This document shows positions 18,036 through 26,715 of a stretch of DNA of 64,000 nucleotides, in pieces. The notes under the pieces are model-generated. The model ran no database searches. It worked only from the letters and a program-made list of their open reading frames with translations, and was not told where the DNA came from. The translations under genes were made by a program, and so were the position numbers. The stretch comes from Nibricoccus sp. (GTDB taxonomy: Bacteria > Verrucomicrobiota > Verrucomicrobiia > Opitutales > Opitutaceae), in NCBI GenBank assembly GCA_047602425.1, contig JASGHG010000001.1, positions 2,624,001 through 2,688,000 of the forward strand, given 5' to 3'. Each line of letters opens with the position of its first letter. The first letter of the stretch is position 1.

Positions 18036-20138
18036 TCATTCCGCCTCGAAATCGCTTCGCAGCAAAATTTGGTTGGAGGCTGATCCGACCAAAATTTGAA
18101 AAGTGCCGGGCTCGGTTCTCCAACCGTGCTGTTGCACGTCCCAAAAACCGAGCGCCTGGCTGGTGAGGGCGATTTTGATCGTGCGGGACTCGCCCGACCT
18201 CAACGAAACCCGAGCAAAGCCCTTGAGCTCTTTCTCGGGCCGCGGGACGGACGCCTGAACGTCGCGAACGTACAATTGCGCGATTTCCGCGCCTTCGACC
18301 GGGCTGGTATTGGTGATGACAAATTCCACGGTGAGAGTGCCGCCGGCCTTGAGCGATTTCGCGGACAGCTTCAGGTCGCTGTATTTAAAAGTAGAATACG
18401 AAAGACCGTGTCCAAAAGCGTAGAGCGGCTGGATTTTCTTTGCTTCATACCAACGGTAGCCGACAAAGACGCCCTCCTTGTAATCGATTTTATAGACCGG
18501 GTGGGTCATATCGTTGTCGGGATCCCATCCGGTATAAAGTTTTTCGCCCTTCGGCAGATAGTCCGCGCCCGGTGAGTCTTCGAAATTTTTTTCGATCGTG
18601 ATGGGAAGCTTGCCGGAAGGATTTACTTTTCCACAAAGAATTTCGGCGAGGGCTCGGTTGCCAATTTGGCCGGGATACCAGCCGTAGACGATGGCAGCGG
18701 CGCAATCGTTCCAGCCAGTCATTTTAAGGCCACCGCCGGCGTTGACGATCACGACCGTGCGCGGGTTGAGCGAGGTCACGCGTTGCACGAAGGTCTCGTC
18801 TGGTTCGGGCAAAGCGAAGGGGCGATCCCAACCTTCGTTGTCGAGCATCCCTGTGCTGAGCAGAACGACGTCCGCCTGTGAAATCTGCTCGTCGGTGGGC
18901 GAGGGCACGATTTGCAGCGCATCGCCGTAAACATCCTTCAAGGCCTGGCCAAGTAGGATGGTGTTGTACCCTTCGACATGCGAGGAGCCTCCGCCGCTCG
19001 GAAGTTTTTCAACGAAAGTACCGGTGAGCAGAATCTTTTTGGCGGTATCAGTTTTCAGCGGAAGAATCGCCTCGGAATTTTTCAAAAGGACGATGCCTTC
19101 GCGGGCGGTCTGCAGGGCGATTTTTTCGTGCTCGGGATAATTTTTCAGGAACGATTCGTCTTTGATCGGACGATCGCAGAGGCCCATGGCAATCTCCGTG
19201 CGGAGAATGCTGCGGGCCATGCGGTCGATCTGCGCTTCAGTGACTTTGCCTTGTTGCACGAGTTTAAGGCCGTCGGCCTTGATGAACTTGTCTCCGGGCA
19301 TTTCAAGGTCCTGTCCGGACTTGATGATTTTTTCCGCGTCCCAAACCGACCACCAATCGGTCATGACCAGCCAGCGAAAGCCGAGTTGTTTTTTAAGCAG
19401 TTCGCTGATCACGAATTCGCTCTGGCCAGCCCACTCGCCATTCACCTGGTTGTAAGACGTCATCACGGCCATGGCGCCGGCGGCGATGCCCGCCTTGAAG
19501 GCCGGTAAATAGATCTCGTGCATGGTTCGTTCGTCGAGCACGGAGTTCGAGGTGCGCCGATGGTAGTCGGTGTTGTTGGCCAGGAAATGTTTTAGTGTCG
19601 GGATCGTGCCAGTATCGAGAACGCCGCGAACGTAACGCTCGATCATGCGCGAAATCAGAAACGGATCCTCGCCGAAGTACTCGAAGTTTCGCCCGCATTG
19701 GGCGTGGCGATAGATGTTCATTCCGGGGCCCAGCAGAACGGCGATACCTCCGGCGCGACACTCTTCGCCGATGCTGTGAGCGTACGTGTAGGCGAGGTCG
19801 GGATTCCAAGTCGACGCGAGGCAGAGCGGAGCGGGAAATGCCACCGACTTTTCCAATTGCTGGCTTAACTTTCGGCGAATGTTAACCCCGCCAGTCGCGT
19901 CGGACAGATAGAGTTCAGGCAGCCCGAGCTCCGGATATCCTTTCACAAAAAACATGTTGTGGCCGCGGATCAGTTCGAGTTTTTGCTCGAGCGAGAGTTT
20001 GGCCAGAAGCGCGCCGGCTCGCAGATCGGCGGCTTCGTAGCTGACGGGTGTTTGAAAGGGAATTTCGGAGCTTGTGGTGGCGGCCATGGCAGCGATGAAG
20101 GGAAGAAGAAAAGCGAGCAGCGCAAATCGGGTTTTCAT
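18036..20138 (-). CDS. Secreted GH3 beta-glucosidase
   Basis: GRNFEYFGEDP, LKHF, VMTDW, GQDLEMP, FGHGLSY, Fn3-like RPEKELKGF. Confidence 0.93.
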   Translation of the reverse strand: MKTRFALLAFLLPFIAAMAATTSSEIPFQTPVSYEAADLRAGALLAKLSLEQKLELIRGHNMFFVKGYPELGLPELYLSDATGGVNIRRKLSQQLEKSVAFPAPLCLASTWNPDLAYTYAHSIGEECRAGGIAVLLGPGMNIYRHAQCGRNFEYFGEDPFLISRMIERYVRGVLDTGTIPTLKHFLANNTDYHRRTSNSVLDERTMHEIYLPAFKAGIAAGAMAVMTSYNQVNGEWAGQSEFVISELLKKQLGFRWLVMTDWWSVWDAEKIIKSGQDLEMPGDKFIKADGLKLVQQGKVTEAQIDRMARSILRTEIAMGLCDRPIKDESFLKNYPEHEKIALQTAREGIVLLKNSEAILPLKTDTAKKILLTGTFVEKLPSGGGSSHVEGYNTILLGQALKDVYGDALQIVPSPTDEQISQADVVLLSTGMLDNEGWDRPFALPEPDETFVQRVTSLNPRTVVIVNAGGGLKMTGWNDCAAAIVYGWYPGQIGNRALAEILCGKVNPSGKLPITIEKNFEDSPGADYLPKGEKLYTGWDPDNDMTHPVYKIDYKEGVFVGYRWYEAKKIQPLYAFGHGLSYSTFKYSDLKLSAKSLKAGGTLTVEFVITNTSPVEGAEIAQLYVRDVQASVPRPEKELKGFARVSLRSGESRTIKIALTSQALGFWDVQQHGWRTEPGTFQILVGSASNQILLRSDFEAE

Positions 20139-20265
20139 GGGATGCTCTTTGGGGGTTTACGACGTGCAAAGGTTTCCGGCGACTTCTGACGCGATGCGAG
20201 TCAAAATCCAGTCGCACAGTTTAATTGAAACTGTGGCCATTGCAGCGGGTTTTGCCTGCGAGCAT

Positions 20266-20296
20266 AAAAAAACGCCGCAGTCTGGGCTGCGGCGTT
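20266..20296 (-). terminator. Intrinsic terminator of uxaC
   Basis: AACGCCGCAG/CTGCGGCGTT stem with a preceding A run. Confidence 0.75.
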
Positions 20297-20320
20297 GAAA
20301 GCGAGAAAAATGCAGGCGAG

Positions 20321-21751
20321 TTATAATTTGCCCACTTCGAGGCCGAAGTGTTGGACGGCGTTTTTATAGCAGATATTTTCGATCATGCCGCCGACGAGTT
20401 CGCGGTCGGCCGGGATGAGGCCGTTTTCGACGTCGCTGCCAATCATCGAACAGAGCAGACGACGGAAGTATTCGTGGCGCACATACGAGAGGAAGCTGCG
20501 CGAGTCGGTGAGCATGCCGACGAAACGGCTGAGCAGGCCGAGTTGCGAGAGGGCGTTGATCTGCCACTCCATGCCTTCCTTCTGATCGAGGAACCACCAG
20601 CCTGAGCCAAACTGAATCTTGCCGGGCATCATCGTGCCGTCCTGCACGTTGCCGATCATGGTCGCGAAGACGTAATTGTCGGCGGGGTTCAGGTTGTAGA
20701 TGACGGTCTTCGGAAGCTTGCCCTCGGAATCGAGGCGGTCGAGGTAGCGAGCAAGGCCGCGAGCTTGCGGGAAGTCGCCGATCGAATCGACGCCGGCGTC
20801 GGCACCGAGGCGTTTTAGGAGTCGCGAGTTGTTGTTGCGAATCGCGCCGAGGTGGAGCTGCTTCGTCCAGCCGGCATTCGCGTCGAGGTGGCCGAAGAAA
20901 AGCATCATGAACCAGGTGAACTTGTTCAACTGCTCGGGCGTGGCGTTGGTGCCGGAGCGTGCGGCGGCGAAGATCGCCTTGGCCTCGGCCTCGGTGCAGT
21001 CGGCGTCGGGAATGTTTTCCATGCCGTGGTCGGAGACGCGGGCGCCGAGCGAGTGGAAGAAGTCGTGGCGATTCTTGAGCGCGGAGAGGAAAGACGATAG
21101 GTCGCGGATGTCGGTGTTGGCTCTGGCGGCCAGTTGGTCAACCCAGGCGTTGAAGCCAGTGGCGTTGTTGACGCCGAGGGCTTTGTCGGGACGGAAGGTC
21201 GGGTAGACTTTGGTTTCGAGCTTGGTCTTCTTGATCGCGATGTGGTGCGCGAGATCGTCGACGGGGTCGTCGGTCGTGCAGACGACGTTGACGCGGAAAT
21301 TGGTGAGAATGCCGTGCGTGGTGAGCGCGGGGGTCTTCAGCTTTTCGTTGGCGGCATCCCAGATTTTTTGCGCGGACTTTTCGTTAATGATTTCGTTGAT
21401 GCCGAAGTAGCGGCGCAGTTCGAGGTGCGACCAGTGGTAAAGCGGGTTGCGCAGCGTGTAGGGCACGGTTTTGGCCCACGCCATGAACTTGTCGAAGTCG
21501 CTCGTTTTGTTGCCGGTGACGAGATCTTCGGGAACGCCATTGGAACGCATCGCGCGCCATTTGTAGTGATCGCCGGCGAGCCAGATCTGGAAGAGATTTT
21601 CGAACTGGCGGTTGTTGGCGATTTGATCGGGCGGCAGGTGGCAGTGGTAGTCGAAAATCGGCTGTTTGACCGCGTGCTCGAAATAGAGCGTGCGGGCCCA
21701 TTCGGTGTTGAGGAGGAAATCTTCAGGAAGGAAGGCTTTGGCGGTAGACAT
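20321..21751 (-). CDS. uxaC: Glucuronate (uronate) isomerase
   Basis: PIFDYHCHL, GDHYKWRAMR, NPLYHW, GSGWWFLD, GMLTDSRSFLSY.RHEYFRR. Confidence 0.97.
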   Translation of the reverse strand: MSTAKAFLPEDFLLNTEWARTLYFEHAVKQPIFDYHCHLPPDQIANNRQFENLFQIWLAGDHYKWRAMRSNGVPEDLVTGNKTSDFDKFMAWAKTVPYTLRNPLYHWSHLELRRYFGINEIINEKSAQKIWDAANEKLKTPALTTHGILTNFRVNVVCTTDDPVDDLAHHIAIKKTKLETKVYPTFRPDKALGVNNATGFNAWVDQLAARANTDIRDLSSFLSALKNRHDFFHSLGARVSDHGMENIPDADCTEAEAKAIFAAARSGTNATPEQLNKFTWFMMLFFGHLDANAGWTKQLHLGAIRNNNSRLLKRLGADAGVDSIGDFPQARGLARYLDRLDSEGKLPKTVIYNLNPADNYVFATMIGNVQDGTMMPGKIQFGSGWWFLDQKEGMEWQINALSQLGLLSRFVGMLTDSRSFLSYVRHEYFRRLLCSMIGSDVENGLIPADRELVGGMIENICYKNAVQHFGLEVGKL

Positions 21752-21851
21752 GGCGCGCCCAAGTTGAATCACACCGCGCCGGGACACGAGTGCGTTTTTG
21801 GGCGCAGACAAAGATTTTCGGAGAGCTTCGGCTTGAGATGATCTGAGACGC

Positions 21852-23024
21852 ATGCAGGCTGTGCACGTGGGCTTACCCCTTGTTTGTAAAACATTTTGGT
21901 TTCGATGGTTTGTTGCTGCGGCGCTCTGTTTCGGTTGCACGGCCGTCCTTCCGCGTTGGTGGTGTGGCGCCGATGGAGAGCGTTGGTTTGTTGGTCAACG
22001 GGAGCAGGTGGCCACGCTTGCTCGCGAAGTCGCCGCGATGGTTGATCGAGGCGTTTCAGCCAAGGAGTTCACGAGCGACGTTTCACTTTTCCAACATGAG
22101 TGGATGTTTGGAAGTTATCAGATGGCAGCCCTCGCACTGCTCCAGATTTGCGATGAATATCCGGAGCTGAGGGATGAATTTTTACCAGTGGCTGAGCGCG
22201 CGATTGATCGTTTGCTTTCTGAGGAAGTGCGCGGCTTTGACCGAAAAAGTTGGGGTGAAGATCCGCTTGCCTCGCTTGATGGTCCGAACGGCCACGCTGC
22301 ATACCTTGGCTATACTAATCTGGTTCTGGCCTTTCACCGTCGCCTTGTTCCCCAATCGCGATTTGCTGGTCTTAACGACAAAATTTCCAGCGCTCTGGCT
22401 CGTAGGTTGCGTGCAAGTCCGGCCGGCATATTACAAACATATCCACACGAAAACTACCCAATCGACAACGCCAGTGTGCTTGCATCTCTGCTGATGCACC
22501 AAAAGGAATTCGGAGGCGGTCATGGCGACGTCACGGCACCGATGCTGCAACGATTTCAAAAAGAATGGCGCGATAAAAAAAGCGGCCTGCTTTTTCAGGC
22601 CTTCGATGGCCGCAGCGGTAGTGCTATTGATGCTCCGCGTGCCAGTGGTACTGCGTTAGCGGCCTACTTTATTTCTTTCGGCGAGCGCGAGTGTGCGGCG
22701 GAGTTGTTCCAGTCGCTAAAACAAAACTGTGCGGGCTCGCTCGCCGGTTTTGGATTTATCCGCGAATATCCGGAAGGCTTGCGTGGGCAGGGTGATATCG
22801 ATTCCGGTCCAATTATATGCGGAATCAGTCCATCGGGCACGGGTTTTGCGATCGCGGGTTGTCGAATATTTAGAGATCGCAACTTATTCGTTCAACTTTA
22901 TCGGACAGCGCATCTCACTGGCGCGCCGCTGTCCTCCGGCGGCCGGTTGCAGTTTGTGACCGGCGGTCCGCTCGGTAACGCCATTATGCTCGCGATGCTC
23001 ACTGCACATTCTGTGGAACCGTGA
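21852..23024 (+). CDS. Linalool dehydratase/isomerase-like (alpha/alpha) barrel protein
   Basis: N-terminal hydrophobic segment; EW.FG.YQM, HAAYLGY.NL, LQTYP.E.YP.DN, REYP...GDIDSGP. Family assignment from recalled motifs only; start uncertain. Confidence 0.55.
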   Translation: MQAVHVGLPLVCKTFWFRWFVAAALCFGCTAVLPRWWCGADGERWFVGQREQVATLAREVAAMVDRGVSAKEFTSDVSLFQHEWMFGSYQMAALALLQICDEYPELRDEFLPVAERAIDRLLSEEVRGFDRKSWGEDPLASLDGPNGHAAYLGYTNLVLAFHRRLVPQSRFAGLNDKISSALARRLRASPAGILQTYPHENYPIDNASVLASLLMHQKEFGGGHGDVTAPMLQRFQKEWRDKKSGLLFQAFDGRSGSAIDAPRASGTALAAYFISFGERECAAELFQSLKQNCAGSLAGFGFIREYPEGLRGQGDIDSGPIICGISPSGTGFAIAGCRIFRDRNLFVQLYRTAHLTGAPLSSGGRLQFVTGGPLGNAIMLAMLTAHSVEP

Positions 23025-23290
23025 AGAAATACTCCAGTTTGCGCCGCATTGTCTTCGAAGCGGCAGGATTGATCCTGCTGCACTATGTGCTCCTGCAAGT
23101 GCTGGCCAAAGCGCGGTGGCTCGAGCATCTGCTCGCGCCGGGTGGCGATTCCTTTTGGCCGATGGTTTTTACTGCGACATTTCTCTGCTTGCGCGTATTT
23201 TTGTATATATTTGTTCCCGGCTTTTTAGCGGCTAGGATTTGGTTGGGGCTTACTCGAGCGGAAATCGACAGCGGCAAATCACGACTTTGA
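23021..23290 (+). CDS. Small membrane protein, translationally coupled to the upstream gene
   Basis: GTGA start/stop overlap; two hydrophobic segments. Confidence 0.6.
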   Translation: MKKYSSLRRIVFEAAGLILLHYVLLQVLAKARWLEHLLAPGGDSFWPMVFTATFLCLRVFLYIFVPGFLAARIWLGLTRAEIDSGKSRL

Positions 23291-24388
23291 TTTTTTGGCT
23301 GCCTCGGCGATTTTTTGGCGGAGGGCGCGGGCGTAGGTTTTGCCGTTGAGCGGGAGACCGATGGGTTTGCCGATCCAGGCCGAGAGGACGATGGCGTTGG
23401 CGAGTTCGACGGAGTGGAGACCTTCGGCGGCGGGCGCGATGAGCGGTTTACCATCGAGGATCGCGTCGGCGAAGTTTTGCAGAATTTCGACATGTTGGCC
23501 GCCGTGGCCAGGGAGGGGAATGGCGATGTCCCAAGTAGTTGGTTTGGCAAAGCCTTCTTTCGACGTGCGGCTGAATTCGGTCACGGGAATTTCGTTTCGC
23601 GTGAGCGTCAGATTGTCGTTTTCGTAGACGAGACGGCCACGTTCGCTGGCGACTTCGAGGCGGTTGGTGCCCGGAGCTTCGCCGGTCGAAGTGATGAGCG
23701 TGGCATGTTTGCCGTCGGCGTATTCGAAGTGCGCCGTGACGTCGTCCTCGGCTTCGATCGGGTGGTAACGGCCGAAATTGCAGAACCCGGTCACGCGTTT
23801 GGGCATCCCGAAGAGCCACTGGAAAAGATCGAGGTTGTGCAGGCACTGGTTGAGGAGCACGCCGCCGCCTTCGCCGGCCCAGGTGGCGCGCCACGCGCTC
23901 GACGCGTAGTAGGCGTGGGTGCGGAACCAGTCGGTGATGGTCCATTGCACGCGGCGGACGGCGCCGAGTTCGCCATTTTGGACGAGTTGGCGAATCTTCT
24001 GGAAATATGGATCTGTGCGCTGGTTTAGGAAAACGGCGAAAACCTTCTTTTTGTTTTTGTGTGCGGCGACGAGTTTCTCGGCATCGGTTTTGTGCACGGA
24101 GATGGGTTTTTCAACGAGGACGTGGAGACCGGCTTTGAGCGCCTGAATGCCGATGGTGGTGTGCGCGTAGTGTGGCGTGGCAATGAGCACGGCGTCGATC
24201 AGGCCGGAGGCGAACATTTCTTCGGGCGTGACGAAGCCGCGAGCGTTGGGCCAGCGGGCGCGTTTTGCCGGATTTGAGGAAACGACGGCGGTGAGTTCGA
24301 GGCCTTTGATTTTGCCGGAGGCAATATTGTTGGCGTGGCCGACGCCCATCAGGCCAAGGCCAATAACGCCGATGCGTACGGTGCTCAT
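23279..24388 (-). CDS. Gfo/Idh/MocA oxidoreductase
   Basis: GVIGLGLMG, IATPHYAH, HVLVEKP, GGGVLLNQCLH. Confidence 0.92.
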   Translation of the reverse strand: MSTVRIGVIGLGLMGVGHANNIASGKIKGLELTAVVSSNPAKRARWPNARGFVTPEEMFASGLIDAVLIATPHYAHTTIGIQALKAGLHVLVEKPISVHKTDAEKLVAAHKNKKKVFAVFLNQRTDPYFQKIRQLVQNGELGAVRRVQWTITDWFRTHAYYASSAWRATWAGEGGGVLLNQCLHNLDLFQWLFGMPKRVTGFCNFGRYHPIEAEDDVTAHFEYADGKHATLITSTGEAPGTNRLEVASERGRLVYENDNLTLTRNEIPVTEFSRTSKEGFAKPTTWDIAIPLPGHGGQHVEILQNFADAILDGKPLIAPAAEGLHSVELANAIVLSAWIGKPIGLPLNGKTYARALRQKIAEAAKKSKS

Positions 24389-24442
24389 GGTGTCGTCAGT
24401 GTTGGCTGATCGGGGAAGGCTGACAATCTCTCGGGATGTAAA

Positions 24443-24469
24443 AAAGTGTCACGTAATTCGTGACACTTT
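24443..24469. repeat. Palindrome TGTCA-NN-TAATW-NN-TGACA (copy 1)
   Basis: AAAGTGTCACG-TAATT-CGTGACACTTT. Confidence 0.6.
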
Positions 24470-24509
24470 GACTGTTTCTAAAGCGAAGATGAATGGTTGG
24501 GCCCACCGA

Positions 24510-25928
24510 TCAGGATTTTCGGTCGGGCACGTCGAGTACGACTATATCCAGGCTTTTGCCATCGGTAAGAAATCCCGATTGAATGGCGATGCGGCGGCTG
24601 TCGGGACGGAAGATCGGATGCGTGTGGTCGGGCCGCATTTTGTGGCCGGTGGTGAGGAGGAGGCGCTCGCCGTTGGTTCGGTCGATGAGATAAACATTGC
24701 CGAGAAAGGTATCGCCCACCGACCAGCGTCCATCGGGCGAACCGTTGCAGTGCCAAAAGCCGCCGGTGCCCCGGCCAGGCATGGATTCCTCGACCTGGCC
24801 TAGGAGCTTCATTTGGTTAGTGCGCAGATTGATCACGGCAATTCCGGTCGGATGTTCGCGCAGGTAAGGCAGGTGACCCATGATGTTGAACATCACTTCG
24901 TCCTTGGTCGCGACGGTTTCGTGGGTGATCCACTCGTCGGGCGTTTCGGCGTAGAGCGGGCGATTGCCGGAGCCATCGCTGCGGACGACCCACATGCGTT
25001 GCGGTCCGTCGCCGGTGGTTTCGTGGCAATAAATAATTTCTCCGGGCTCCCAGGGATTGGTTTGCACGTGGCCCATGCGAAAATCGACGTCGATCACGGT
25101 TTTGATTTCGCCAGTGGCGAGGTCGATGCTGCGGATGCCGCCGGGGCCTTTGCCTTGTTCGGCGAAACGCTTGCGGGATGCCTCACGAGACTGGTTTGGG
25201 TCCATGTTTTGATCGTCGATCTGCCGGCGGGCGGGCGGTTCGCCGGAGACACGACTGGCATCGGTTTCGGCGTTTTCGGCAGCCTGGCGTGGAGGTCTGG
25301 GTGGACGGGGTGGTTGCGGTCCCCAAGAAACGCCCCAGTAGGCTTTGGTTTCGTCGGCATCGAGGGCGAAACCGCCGGCGTCACGCAAATCGGCGGGAAG
25401 GGTGCAGATGACGCGTTCGTAGGCCGAGGCGTCTTTCGGGGTGCCGGCGAGGGCATCGGCGATGAGCGGATCGAGATTTATCTCTACGAGCTGTTTCGGG
25501 GTCGTAGCAGGCTCAAGCTCCTGTTTTTCGGGATTCCACCACGGACCGCCGCGCATCAGGTAAAGTTTATTGGTCTTGCGCGAAAGATTGAGACTGCCCG
25601 TGCCGGAAGCGGAGCCGTCGGTCAGTTGAACGATGTCGCCGGTTTGTTCGCTGACGACGTAGGCCTGCGAAGTTCCGCTGCGGGTTGAGCGGAAAATGAT
25701 CCATTTGCCATCGGCGGTCCATGTGGTGTGCGTTTGATAGGGCTTGGAATCGTTGGCCGGATCGGTGGTGAGGAAAGTCAGGGTGAGACCGGTGACTTTG
25801 TCGATGACGACGCGTTTTTCGGAGGGAAGGCGGCGACCAACGTCGGAGGCTCGAAGTGGCAGCCAGAACAGAGCCGGCAGCGCGAAGAGAATGAGGAGAC
25901 GGGGAAAGGCAACGTGACGACAAACCAT
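24510..25928 (-). CDS. Oligogalacturonate lyase family (PL22-like) beta-propeller protein with a signal peptide
   Basis: D.VTG.TLTFLT, WTADGKWIIF, GHVQTNP, YCHET, QRMW, THE, WHCNG, HTHPIF.PD. Confidence 0.75.
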   Translation of the reverse strand: MVCRHVAFPRLLILFALPALFWLPLRASDVGRRLPSEKRVVIDKVTGLTLTFLTTDPANDSKPYQTHTTWTADGKWIIFRSTRSGTSQAYVVSEQTGDIVQLTDGSASGTGSLNLSRKTNKLYLMRGGPWWNPEKQELEPATTPKQLVEINLDPLIADALAGTPKDASAYERVICTLPADLRDAGGFALDADETKAYWGVSWGPQPPRPPRPPRQAAENAETDASRVSGEPPARRQIDDQNMDPNQSREASRKRFAEQGKGPGGIRSIDLATGEIKTVIDVDFRMGHVQTNPWEPGEIIYCHETTGDGPQRMWVVRSDGSGNRPLYAETPDEWITHETVATKDEVMFNIMGHLPYLREHPTGIAVINLRTNQMKLLGQVEESMPGRGTGGFWHCNGSPDGRWSVGDTFLGNVYLIDRTNGERLLLTTGHKMRPDHTHPIFRPDSRRIAIQSGFLTDGKSLDIVVLDVPDRKS

Positions 25929-26036
25929 GAGGGAAATATATTTCAGGTGAGGAAAGACGCCAAGCCTCGGCATGGGTTTCGCGTGGAACAGTCAGAGTGA
26001 CCCGCCCGACTGGCGTGCGCGCATCGATCGGTTTGT

Positions 26037-26078
26037 TTGATGCGAGTCAAAGACCTCCCGCTGAGGATCTGCTAACCT
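26037..26078 (+). promoter_or_regulatory. FNR/CRP-type class II promoter of the YecH-like gene
   Basis: TTGAT-GCGA-GTCAA centred at -41.5 relative to 26085; extended -10 TGcTAACCT. Confidence 0.55.
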
Positions 26079-26084
26079 GTCTCC

Positions 26085-26345
26085 ATGATGAACACCTCAA
26101 TCCACGGTCACGAAGTTATCCAGATGATGGTCGAAGCCGGCCATCCCTTCACCTTTGCCTCGCTGCGTGAGGCGATCGTGGCGCGCTTCGGAGCCGAGGC
26201 GCGGTTTCATACCTGCTCGGCGGATGGGTTAACGCCCGAAGGTTTGATCGAATTTCTCGGAGCGCGGGGCAAACTGGCTCCGGTCGAAGGCGGATTCGTT
26301 TTTGGTGCCGGTACGCCCTGTGGGCACGACGATCATTCGCACTGA
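26085..26345 (+). CDS. yecH: YecH-family metal-binding protein
   Basis: SIHGHEV, FG.EARFHTCSA, LIEFL..RGK and a C-terminal CGH. Confidence 0.85.
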   Translation: MMNTSIHGHEVIQMMVEAGHPFTFASLREAIVARFGAEARFHTCSADGLTPEGLIEFLGARGKLAPVEGGFVFGAGTPCGHDDHSH

Positions 26346-26715
26346 GCGAGATGCGGGAGTTTTTGAGGAGATTTTGTGCGTGCGATGGATTTGCACGTAC
26401 GAAAGTGTGCGTTTTCTAGATCCCATGTAGCGCGGAAAATGCGCGCTGCATGGCAACTGGTTATATAAATTTTTAACGCGGCGGGGGAAATCCCCTAGCG
26501 GACTATTTGCGGCAATTTTAGCACTGCGGAGCGTGAAATATCCGGTGTAGACCGTACTTTTATGTAGGGGAATCCCTGAAGATGGCCCTCTTGGGTGCAA
26601 TGGAATTGCGTGGCGGGACGCTTCGGATAACTTTTCTGAAACGTTCACCAATTTATTACGTAATTAGTATTGGTGTGAGCCTCATTGAGGTCAGCCCGAC
26701 TAAAACTACAACCGG

